NCBI GenBank assembly: GCA_001822815.1
Contig: MHSR01000008.1
Span: 49,602 to 113,601 of the forward strand
Length of the DNA: 64,000 nucleotides
Direction: 5' to 3'
Source: Candidatus Terrybacteria bacterium RIFCSPHIGHO2_01_FULL_43_35
GTDB lineage: Bacteria; Patescibacteriota; Minisyncoccia; Terrybacterales; GWB1-40-14
Part shown: one piece after another, positions 18,578-26,443 of the stretch
Layout of the letters: every line of letters starts with the position of its first letter
How positions within the stretch are numbered: position 1 is the stretch's first letter
Notes under the pieces: model-generated
The model's input: the letters and a program-made list of their open reading frames with translations, nothing else
Told to the model about the DNA's origin: nothing
The model's database searches: none
Made by a program: the position numbers and the translations under genes

Positions 18578-19501
18578 ATGATGTTTGGACACGAAAAAGT
18601 AATTACTTACCTTGATCGCCTTATCCAAAAAGATAAGCTTGCCCACGCTTATGCTTTTTGCGGACCTGAAAATGTTGGCAAGCGCAGTACGGCTATTTAT
18701 ATTGCCCAAAATATTTTTTGTGCAGATGCCATGGACGTTCTTCACGATAGGATTAAATGTTCAATCTGCTTTGCTATAACCCAAGGGAATCACAAGAATG
18801 TTATTTTGCTGGACCCCGAAGCGGCTGCCGGCAAACTGAATATCTCTATTTCTGTTATACGCAAATTACGTCAAAGCCTTATCTTGAAAGAAATGGAAGG
18901 ACGCAAACGTATAATTATAATTGATGGTGCAGAATATATGAATAACGAAGCCGCAAACGCATTCTTGAAAGTTTTGGAAGAACCAAGGAGTCATATACAT
19001 TTTTTTCTTATGTGCGGCAGTCAATCTGCCCTCATGTCCACCATTGTTTCGCGTCTGCAATGCGTTAGATTCAATACCGTTTCTAATGTTAAAATAGAAA
19101 CAGCTTTGATTGATTACGGTCTTTCCGCTAAAATAGCCAGGGAATATACGCATTTAAGTTACGGTCGTCCCGGACGAGCCATCTCATTTGTGAAAAACCC
19201 AGCTTTATTTATGCGTGCGCAAGAAGAGGCCAAGCATGCTCACTATCTAATATCAGATTTTATAACTGAACGCATGAAATTGATTACTAGTTTATCTGGT
19301 GAAACAAACGATGCTTATGCGCAGCTGAATAGTTGGCTATTGGCCCTTGCAAAAATTCTTGAGGATCAAACAAAAAATGGAGACAGTCGTTCTCAAAGCA
19401 CCGCGCGTCGTATAAAAGATTTATTAGCTGCAGCCCGGTTGCTTAATAGCACAAATATAAATTTGCGTCTTGCGCTTGAGAAGATAATTTTTTCGTTTTA
19501 A
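18578..19501 (+). CDS. holB: DNA polymerase III delta' subunit
   Basis: 'LAHAYAFCGPENVGKRSTA' degenerate AAA+ P-loop and 'IIIDGAEYMNNEAANAFLKVLEEP' box; ~300 aa. Confidence 0.75.
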   Translation: MMFGHEKVITYLDRLIQKDKLAHAYAFCGPENVGKRSTAIYIAQNIFCADAMDVLHDRIKCSICFAITQGNHKNVILLDPEAAAGKLNISISVIRKLRQSLILKEMEGRKRIIIIDGAEYMNNEAANAFLKVLEEPRSHIHFFLMCGSQSALMSTIVSRLQCVRFNTVSNVKIETALIDYGLSAKIAREYTHLSYGRPGRAISFVKNPALFMRAQEEAKHAHYLISDFITERMKLITSLSGETNDAYAQLNSWLLALAKILEDQTKNGDSRSQSTARRIKDLLAAARLLNSTNINLRLALEKIIFSF

Positions 19502-19518
19502 TGCAATTATTTATTTGA

Positions 19519-20631
19519 TTGAATATGCAAACAGCATTCAAGATAATAATTATTTCTTTTTTTATCGCCTTGATAAGCGCTGGTGTTGGTATTGTTTTGA
19601 AAGGCAATAAGCTCACTTCTTCAAGCAGTGGCCCCGGTACCCCAGTTAGCGGTTCGGGCATCCTTTACTCCGAAGACATGGGCAATACTTGGATTCAACG
19701 CTCGCAAGTTTCTCAAGGGCAGAATATATCAAGATTTGATATTACCGATATAGTTATTTATCCAAAAGATACTAGTATTGTTTTTGCCGGCACCAGTGGC
19801 GGCGGCCTTTTTAGATCGCGCGACAGCGGTCAAAACTGGGACAATATATCAGATGCCAACAAAGTTTTGACTAATCGTGCGGTCATTAAATCTATTGCCG
19901 TTGATTCGGAAGACTCCAAAAATCTCTTTGTAGCGGCATATCAAGGCACCCGCGGCAGTATTTTGAGGAGTCAGGATGGCGGAGACAGTTTCACGGAATT
20001 ATTTTTTACTTCCAGATCAAAAGCTGCCGTGAATGCGGTGATTTTTTCTTTTAATGATCATAAACAAGTGTTTGCCGGAACTGATGAAGGCTTGGTTTTG
20101 GAGAGTATTGATAACGGCAACTCTTGGCGGACTATAGGAGAATTTGCATATCCTGTGCGCAAATTAGCGCATACGTCAGCCGGAGTGCTTATAGCCGTGG
20201 TTCAAAATAAGGGCCTGTTGAGAAGTTCGGATTTTGGAGCCAATTGGTTATCGAGTGAAGATACCACGACCGGGAAAAAGCTAGAGTCTTTTGCTTCCGG
20301 AATAAATATAGAGTATATGGCTCTAGACCCGCAAAATCCTAACAACATTTATCTTGGTACCGGTTACGGATTACTTCGTAGTCGTGACGGCGGGATATCG
20401 TTTGACGCGCCGCCAGTAGTAATTCCGCCGCGGTCTCTTCCTGTGATGAGCGTTGGCGTATCTTCTAATGATTCGCGCATTATCTTAGTTGGTGCCGGTC
20501 AAGCCATATATCGTTCTCAAGACGGCGGCGAACATTGGAGTTTGCATGCCGTACCGACAAATAAACGCTTGCGGGTTATGACCGTATTTCCGCACGAGGG
20601 CAGTAAGATATTTTTGGGCTTGAGCAGATAG
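19519..20631 (+). CDS. Secreted BNR/Asp-box repeat protein (beta-propeller)
   Basis: N-terminal TM/signal sequence. Seven 'SxDxGxTW'-type Asp-boxes, e.g. 'SEDMGNTW', 'SRDSGQNW', 'SQDGGDSF', 'SIDNGNSW', 'SSDFGANW', 'SRDGGISF', 'SQDGGEHW'. Confidence 0.6.
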   Translation: MNMQTAFKIIIISFFIALISAGVGIVLKGNKLTSSSSGPGTPVSGSGILYSEDMGNTWIQRSQVSQGQNISRFDITDIVIYPKDTSIVFAGTSGGGLFRSRDSGQNWDNISDANKVLTNRAVIKSIAVDSEDSKNLFVAAYQGTRGSILRSQDGGDSFTELFFTSRSKAAVNAVIFSFNDHKQVFAGTDEGLVLESIDNGNSWRTIGEFAYPVRKLAHTSAGVLIAVVQNKGLLRSSDFGANWLSSEDTTTGKKLESFASGINIEYMALDPQNPNNIYLGTGYGLLRSRDGGISFDAPPVVIPPRSLPVMSVGVSSNDSRIILVGAGQAIYRSQDGGEHWSLHAVPTNKRLRVMTVFPHEGSKIFLGLSR

Positions 20632-20633
20632 TT

Positions 20634-21194
20634 ATGTTGATTCAAAACTTAGTTAAAAATTTAGAATCGCATTTGGCGCTCATAGAGCAGAAGTTTTCAA
20701 ATGATCTGCATGCTTTGCGTACAGATCGGGCTAATCCTGCGCTTGTGGAGGAAATTGTGGTTGATGCCTACCAATCGCGGATGAAAATAAAGGAACTGGC
20801 TTCAGTCACCATTCCAGAAGCCAGGGTTATTGTTATTCAACCTTGGGATAAATCAATCATTTCAGCAGTAAACAAAGCGCTCGAAGTTTCGGACCTGGGC
20901 ACTTCCCCGGTTATCCAAGGCGAAATAATAAGAATAGTTTTGCCGTCGATGAATGAAGAAAGGCGCAAGGAATTGACTAAGTTAGTAGGTAAAAAGATTG
21001 AGGAAGCCAAAATATCAATACGGCAGGCAAGGGAAGGGGCCATCAAGGTCTTAGATGAACAACAAAAAGAAAACATTATTAGTGAAGATGAGAAGTTTAA
21101 AACGCGCGATGTCATACAAAAAAAGGTTGATGCTTGCCAGCAGAGGCTTATTTCTTTGGGCCAGGAAAAAGAGAACGAGATTTTGACTATTTAA
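20634..21194 (+). CDS. frr: Ribosome recycling factor
   Basis: 186 aa; '...LRTDRANPALVEEIVVDAYQSRMKIKELASVTIPEARVIVIQPWDKS...' matches Frr. Confidence 0.9.
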   Translation: MLIQNLVKNLESHLALIEQKFSNDLHALRTDRANPALVEEIVVDAYQSRMKIKELASVTIPEARVIVIQPWDKSIISAVNKALEVSDLGTSPVIQGEIIRIVLPSMNEERRKELTKLVGKKIEEAKISIRQAREGAIKVLDEQQKENIISEDEKFKTRDVIQKKVDACQQRLISLGQEKENEILTI

Positions 21195-21219
21195 AACCAA
21201 CAACTTATAAGTTCATCAA

Positions 21220-22377
21220 ATGGATATTTTTAATACTGCTACTCATATTTTTTACGTTGCCGCGGTTTTTATACCCGTGTTGGCTTTGCTTATATTTGTT
21301 CACGAATTCGGGCATTTTATTGTGGCAAAAAAATCCGGCGTCAAGGTCAACGAATTTGGTTTTGGTTTTCCGCCTCGCATTTGGGGCAAACGCGTCGGCG
21401 AAACTATTTATTCTATAAACCTTTTACCATTGGGCGGATTTGTGAATGTTGAGGGTGAAAACGGTGAAGACCTCGTTGAACAAGGACAAAATCAGGTTAG
21501 CCGCCGGGAAGGTATAAGAGATAATTTTGACCCTGCGCGCAGTTTTGTATCCAAACCACTGCATATAAAATTATCTATACTGTATGCCGGTGTACTTATG
21601 AACATATTTCTGGCCTTCGTTATTTTTTCTTTGCTTCAGGTTATAGGTGTGCCAACCGGCATATCAGATGAGGCCAACGATCCAAACGCCAAGGTATTAA
21701 TCAGTGATGTGGTAAAAGGTAGTCCGGCCTGGATTGCCGGCATCAAGACTAACGATTTGATCAAGGAGATGCGTATAGAAAATAATGTATTTTATCCGAA
21801 TAAACTTACTCAAACCCAGAAATTGATAAAAGATAATGCTGGACGGGAAATAACATTGGTTATCTTAAGAGGAAAGGAAATTAAGGAATTTAATATTATT
21901 CCACGTGTTAACCCCCCGCCAGGGGAAGGCGCTTTGGGCATAGGACTATTACTTGCCGGCAATATTTCTTATCCGTGGTATGAAGCTCCATGGCGCGGCG
22001 CTTGGATCACCGTGGCGACAACGATAACCATGATAAGCGGTGTGGCGCATCTTTTAGGTCAGCTTTTTTACGAGCATACTTTAAGCGGTGATGTGGCCGG
22101 TCCTATAGGCATAGCTAGTTTGACTTGGCAAATCAGCGCTTTGGGACTTTCGCATTTATTGTATTTTGTGGCTATAATTTCTTTGAACCTAGCCGTATTG
22201 AACGCCTTGCCATTACCGGCTCTAGACGGCGGAAGAGCTTTTATTTTGCTTATCGAAAAAATACGTCGCAAGAATTTTTCTTTAAGAACCATGCAATGGG
22301 TTAACGGCATTGTTTTTGCACTGCTCATCCTTTTTGTTCTGTTGGTATCTATACGTGATATAGAGCGAATGTTATGA
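21220..22377 (+). CDS. rseP: RIP metalloprotease RseP (site-2 protease, M50 family) with PDZ domain
   Basis: 'HEFGHFIVAK' HExxH in the first TM, PDZ-like middle segment, 'LNLLPLGG' and C-terminal 'NLAVLNALPLPALDGG'. Confidence 0.85.
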   Translation: MDIFNTATHIFYVAAVFIPVLALLIFVHEFGHFIVAKKSGVKVNEFGFGFPPRIWGKRVGETIYSINLLPLGGFVNVEGENGEDLVEQGQNQVSRREGIRDNFDPARSFVSKPLHIKLSILYAGVLMNIFLAFVIFSLLQVIGVPTGISDEANDPNAKVLISDVVKGSPAWIAGIKTNDLIKEMRIENNVFYPNKLTQTQKLIKDNAGREITLVILRGKEIKEFNIIPRVNPPPGEGALGIGLLLAGNISYPWYEAPWRGAWITVATTITMISGVAHLLGQLFYEHTLSGDVAGPIGIASLTWQISALGLSHLLYFVAIISLNLAVLNALPLPALDGGRAFILLIEKIRRKNFSLRTMQWVNGIVFALLILFVLLVSIRDIERML

Positions 22378-22507
22378 TCCAGTTAGAAGTCTTCGGCATA
22401 AAAATTTATTAAATTTTTATGCGTAGAATTAGCGGGGAATTGTAAAAATAAAAGTCCGCCAAGCCTTAATTGCCACGCAATTATTGTTAATACAGACTTC
22501 TAACGGG

Positions 22508-23770
22508 ATGAAACAAAGTTTATTTTTTGCAAAAACCAGGAAAGAGAGTCCAAAAGACGCCGTTGCGGCAAGCCACAAATTTTTATTGCGCGCAGATTAT
22601 ATAGATCAGCTTGCGGCTGGCATATACACTCTTTTGCCCTTAGGCCAAAAAGCACACCAGAAATTGTTGAAGATCATACGCGAAGAGATGGATGCCATAG
22701 GCGCGCAAGAGTTGCTTATGCCCGCATTGCATCCCAAAGCTATTTGGGAAAGTTCCGGTAGATGGGAAGTATATAAAGGTGAGATGTACCAGTTTCAGGA
22801 TAAATCTAAACATTGGTTTGGACTTGGTCCCACGCACGAAGAGATTATCACTGCCATAGTAGCCAGCCGCGTAAGTTCATTCCGCGATCTGCCCGTTGCT
22901 TTGTATCAGATACAAGGCAAATTTCGTGATGAAGCTAGGCCTAAGGCAGGGTTAATGCGGGGTAAGGAATTTATAATGAAGGATCTTTATAGTTTTCATG
23001 CCACCAAAGAGGATTTTGACGATTTTTATAATAAAGCCAGCGAGGCCTACCTGCGTATTTTTAAACGATGCGGCGTTGAAGCCTTTCCAGTATTGGCTTC
23101 TGGCGGAGCGTTTACCAAGGATATGACCAAAGAATTTATGATTAAGACTAAGGCGGGTGAAGATATAACTTTGATTTGCGAACATTGTGGTTGGGCGGCC
23201 AATAAGGAAATTTCGGCCAATGTCAGTAAGAATTGTCCGGTTTGTAAAGAAAAAGTTAGCGAGCATGTTACTCTCGAAGCGGGCCACATTTTCCATCTTG
23301 GCACGCGCTATTCGGAAAAATTAGGCGCTTTTTTTCTGGATGAAAACGGTAAGCGTCAGCCAATGATAATGGGCTGTTATGGCTTGGGGACCACGCGGCT
23401 TCTTGCGGCAATTGTTGAGGTCCATTACGACAAAAAAGGTATTATGTGGCCGGAAAGTATCGCGCCATTCGATATACATCTCCTGGCTTTAGGCAAGGAT
23501 AATAAGATAAAACAGGAAGCCGAAGCTATTGAAGGACATTTACAAAAAGAAGGAATCGGGGTATTGTATGACGACCGGGACATTTCGGCCGGAGAGAAGT
23601 TCGCTGATGCCGACTTGATCGGTATCCCTTTGAGAGTAGTAATAAGCGAAAAAACACTCGGTCAGGGCATGGTGGAGATAAAATATCGTAAAGAAGATGC
23701 GGCGCGTATGGTTACAAGAGGCGAATTGATTAATATTGCTAAAGCCGATTTAAACCGCGTAAATAATTAG
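22508..23770 (+). CDS. proS: Prolyl-tRNA synthetase, short form without the editing insertion
   Basis: Class-II motifs: 'AAGIYTLLPLGQKAHQKLLKIIREEMDAIGAQEL', 'FRDEARPKAGLMRGKEFIMKDLYSFH', and zinc-like 'CEHCGW...CPVCKE'. The ATG at 22508 gives 'MKQSLFF...'; listed ORF 22484 starts at an upstream TTG. Confidence 0.8.
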   Translation: MKQSLFFAKTRKESPKDAVAASHKFLLRADYIDQLAAGIYTLLPLGQKAHQKLLKIIREEMDAIGAQELLMPALHPKAIWESSGRWEVYKGEMYQFQDKSKHWFGLGPTHEEIITAIVASRVSSFRDLPVALYQIQGKFRDEARPKAGLMRGKEFIMKDLYSFHATKEDFDDFYNKASEAYLRIFKRCGVEAFPVLASGGAFTKDMTKEFMIKTKAGEDITLICEHCGWAANKEISANVSKNCPVCKEKVSEHVTLEAGHIFHLGTRYSEKLGAFFLDENGKRQPMIMGCYGLGTTRLLAAIVEVHYDKKGIMWPESIAPFDIHLLALGKDNKIKQEAEAIEGHLQKEGIGVLYDDRDISAGEKFADADLIGIPLRVVISEKTLGQGMVEIKYRKEDAARMVTRGELINIAKADLNRVNN

Positions 23771-23791
23771 AATCATTATTTTATATAATAT

Positions 23792-23936
23792 ATGCCAGGT
23801 AGTGAAAGTTCGACCGTTCTCCGAAGACGAACAACCGATTTCGTGATACTTGGCTCTACCATTAATTCGTTTAACATTAATCATTAACTAGAAATTCGGC
23901 AGCACATTATAAGTCGAACTTCTACTACCTGGTATG
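23792..23936 (+). promoter_or_regulatory. Structured ~145-nt element immediately upstream of, and overlapping, the mreB-paralog start codon (copy 1 of 2)
   Basis: 5' 'atgccaggtagtgaaag' pairs with 3' 'cttctactacctggtATG'. Inner stem is 'gttcgac/gtcgaac'. A related element lies at 25054..25217. Confidence 0.4.
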
Positions 23937-24989
23937 TTTGGTCTTATACCCAAAAATTTATTTGTTCAAGATATCGGTATAGATTTGGGAACGGCCAACA
24001 CGCTTGTTTATGTTCGCGGCAAAGGCATTCTTATTAATGAGCCTTCGGTAGTTGCCCTGAATAAGAAAACTAATCAGATTTTGGCTATAGGCAATGAAGC
24101 GCGCAAAATGGTTGGTCGCACGCCAGCCCATATTGTTGCTAGTCGTCCCTTAACCAAAGGCGTTATATCTGATTTTGAGATTACCGAACAGATGCTGGCG
24201 CATTTTTTTTCGAGCGTCCGTGAGCATGCTCGTTTTCCATTCAGCAGGCCGCGTGTAGTTATAGGCATTCCTTCAGGCGTGACCGAGGTTGAAAAGCGCG
24301 CGGTTGAAGATGCGTGCAAGAACGCCGGCGCAAAAGAAGTTTATCTTATTGAAGAACCAATGGCCGCGGCCATAGGTGCTCGTCTTCCAGTCCAGGAAGC
24401 TTCTGGAAGCATGATTGTTGATATAGGTGGAGGGACAACAGAAATCGCTGTGATTTCATTGGGCGGCATAGTGGCCTTTCGGTCTTTGCGTATAGCTGGT
24501 GATCGTTTGAATGATGATATCATCAATTTTGCGCATGAAGAAATGAAAATGGTTTTGGGCGAACGCACGGCCGAAGAAATAAAGATTGCCACGGGTTCCG
24601 CAAAAGAGGTCGATGATCCGATAATAAGCCCTATGCGTGGACGCGATGTTTTGACCGGCCTGCCTAAAGAAATAATGGTGAGCGACACGCATATCCGCCG
24701 AGCGATTTCGCATTCAGTTTACACCATCATAGAAGCGATCAAAGCCACTATTGAAGAAACGCCACCAGAACTTGTAGCGGATATCATGAATAGAGGTATC
24801 ACCCTGGCTGGTGGAGGTTCTCTCTTGCGCAATCTGGACAAGTTAATAGCCCAAGAAACGCTCATGCCGGTTCAGGTTACGGAAGATCCATTAACTGCCG
24901 TTGTTCGTGGGACGGGTATAGTACTTGAAAATATAGACGAGCTTCATGAGATTTTGGTTAGTGCCGACAACGCCGCAATACCGCTGTAA
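23934..24989 (+). CDS. mreB: Rod shape-determining protein MreB (paralog 2), first gene of a mreBCD-PBP2 cluster
   Basis: 'GIDLGTANTLVYV...EPSVVA...GRTPAHIVASRPL' MreB signatures; 351 aa. Confidence 0.85.
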   Translation: MFGLIPKNLFVQDIGIDLGTANTLVYVRGKGILINEPSVVALNKKTNQILAIGNEARKMVGRTPAHIVASRPLTKGVISDFEITEQMLAHFFSSVREHARFPFSRPRVVIGIPSGVTEVEKRAVEDACKNAGAKEVYLIEEPMAAAIGARLPVQEASGSMIVDIGGGTTEIAVISLGGIVAFRSLRIAGDRLNDDIINFAHEEMKMVLGERTAEEIKIATGSAKEVDDPIISPMRGRDVLTGLPKEIMVSDTHIRRAISHSVYTIIEAIKATIEETPPELVADIMNRGITLAGGGSLLRNLDKLIAQETLMPVQVTEDPLTAVVRGTGIVLENIDELHEILVSADNAAIPL

Positions 24990-25053
24990 TTTTATGCACG
25001 TTTTTTAAACCAGACTTGCGTTTTGTCGTGTCAATCCTTACTTCTAGTGTGGT

Positions 25054-25217
25054 ATGCCAGGTAGTGAAAACGCGACCATTCGTTTCCGTCAGCTGACGGA
25101 GACGAATAAAAACCATCTGGCCACAATCACCGTCAGTATTAAAATTCAATACGTAATACTTAAGAATAGCGCAATTTTTATCGAAATAATGTAGTCGCAT
25201 TTCTACTACCTGGTATG
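25054..25217 (+). promoter_or_regulatory. Structured ~164-nt element immediately upstream of, and overlapping, the mreC start codon (copy 2 of 2)
   Basis: 5' 'atgccaggtagtgaaaa' pairs with 3' 'tttctactacctggtATG'. Inner stem 'gcgac/gtcgc' is compensatory relative to copy 1. Flanked by 'ggtatg' direct repeats. Confidence 0.4.
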
Positions 25218-25958
25218 CGCAAAAAAAATAGTTTTACTTTAAAAAAATCCTATATTATTATTTGTGCCATAATCCTTTTGGCACTTTTTTACATACTGGG
25301 CGGGCGAGGTTTTATTATCGACAGTCTGAGCGCTATTTTAGGTCCCATGCTTTCACGAATTTCTTATTTGCCCACGCGTGATGATATCTTAGAAAAAGAA
25401 AATGTTAAATTACGTCAAGAAAACGCCATATTGTCTGAAAGAGTCATCGCGCAAGAGGCTTTGTTGAAAGATAAAAATATAGATATTAAATTTCCTGGCC
25501 CAAAGTTATTGACCAGGATTTTATGGTTTAATTTACTGCCGTCAAAACGTGTTGCTCATATAAATAGAGGTTCATCGCAAGGGGTATATTCTGATATGGT
25601 GGCGCTTGATCCGGGCGGCTCATTTTTAGGTAAGGTGATAAACGTCTTTAATGATTCTGCCGATATTTTGTTGCTTGGCGATAAGTCTTTAAGGATTAGC
25701 GTGCGCATAGGCGACACTATAGGCGCTCTTGAAGCCACAAGCGACAATAAGCTTATGGTTAATTTGGTTGGAAGTGATTCTAATATTGAGGTTGGTATGC
25801 CCGTTTACACGGCTGGCCAAGGAGATGCTCTGCCGCAAGGTATTGCTATAGGGCGTGTAAGTGAAGTCTCGCCATCCGGAGTCGAACCATTTTTAACCAT
25901 AAAGGTTAACGCATTTTCTGATGCCAGGGCACAAGAATACATTTTTTTGATCCCATGA
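25215..25958 (+). CDS. mreC: Rod shape-determining protein MreC
   Basis: N-terminal TM and a coiled coil ('ENVKLRQENAILSERVIAQEALLKDKN'), followed by an MreC beta-barrel-like domain; position is directly after mreB. Confidence 0.75.
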   Translation: MRKKNSFTLKKSYIIICAIILLALFYILGGRGFIIDSLSAILGPMLSRISYLPTRDDILEKENVKLRQENAILSERVIAQEALLKDKNIDIKFPGPKLLTRILWFNLLPSKRVAHINRGSSQGVYSDMVALDPGGSFLGKVINVFNDSADILLLGDKSLRISVRIGDTIGALEATSDNKLMVNLVGSDSNIEVGMPVYTAGQGDALPQGIAIGRVSEVSPSGVEPFLTIKVNAFSDARAQEYIFLIP

Positions 25959-26443
25959 CAATTTTTATCGCGGTCCTATTTTCACCTATAGTTGATCTGT
26001 TTTTATCTTCAATCGATTTACACGGACCGTTTTCTATATTCAGATTAACGCCATTGGTTTTGACAATAGTTTACGTTTATAATTATCACCGTTTGTTTTG
26101 GGCGGCGATTATTTCTTCGGTTGTATTTGTGTTTCTGAGCAGTCCAAGCGAACTAGCCGCTGTTTTTATCGTTGTTAGTCCGCTTATCGTTTTCGTATTC
26201 AGGCGAAGGCTGGAATTCTTATCTGAACAGTGGCGCAATGCCGCGGTTTTTATTCTGGTTTTTTTGGTTAGCTATGGCATTTTATCGGCGGAACTTTTCA
26301 TTAACGATTTTGGATTGGTTTATATCGCACCTAGATTTTTATCTAGCGTTATTCTCTCAACCATCATTTCGTTTATTATCCTTTTTATTTTAAAGCTTTT
26401 TAATCCGAGCGCTTCCTATGAAATTTCCAGGAACCGAATTTGA
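25955..26443 (+). CDS. mreD: Rod shape-determining protein MreD (polytopic membrane protein)
   Basis: 162 aa with 4-5 TM helices and a 4-nt overlap with mreC; assignment is by operon position. Confidence 0.5.
   Translation: MTIFIAVLFSPIVDLFLSSIDLHGPFSIFRLTPLVLTIVYVYNYHRLFWAAIISSVVFVFLSSPSELAAVFIVVSPLIVFVFRRRLEFLSEQWRNAAVFILVFLVSYGILSAELFINDFGLVYIAPRFLSSVILSTIISFIILFILKLFNPSASYEISRNRI

Noticed and set aside
21134-21418. 94-aa + strand ORF spanning the frr/rseP junction
   Set aside because: It is an out-of-frame overlap of two well-supported genes.
24341-24713. Minus-strand ORFs of 115 and 85 aa inside mreB paralog 2
   Set aside because: They are antisense to a strongly supported MreB gene. 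The same applies to 2999..3438 in alaS, 5168..5554 in the FtsA-like gene, 31503..32007 in the GC-rich cassette, 37032..37397 and 37764..38132 in the GT-C gene, 41417..41940 in dnaX, 45455..46288 in the GH gene, and 49612..50457 in the GH57 gene.
24958-25200. 80-aa minus-strand ORF between mreB2 and mreC
   Set aside because: It lies inside the structured element, where inverted-repeat structure explains the open frame. It has no RBS.
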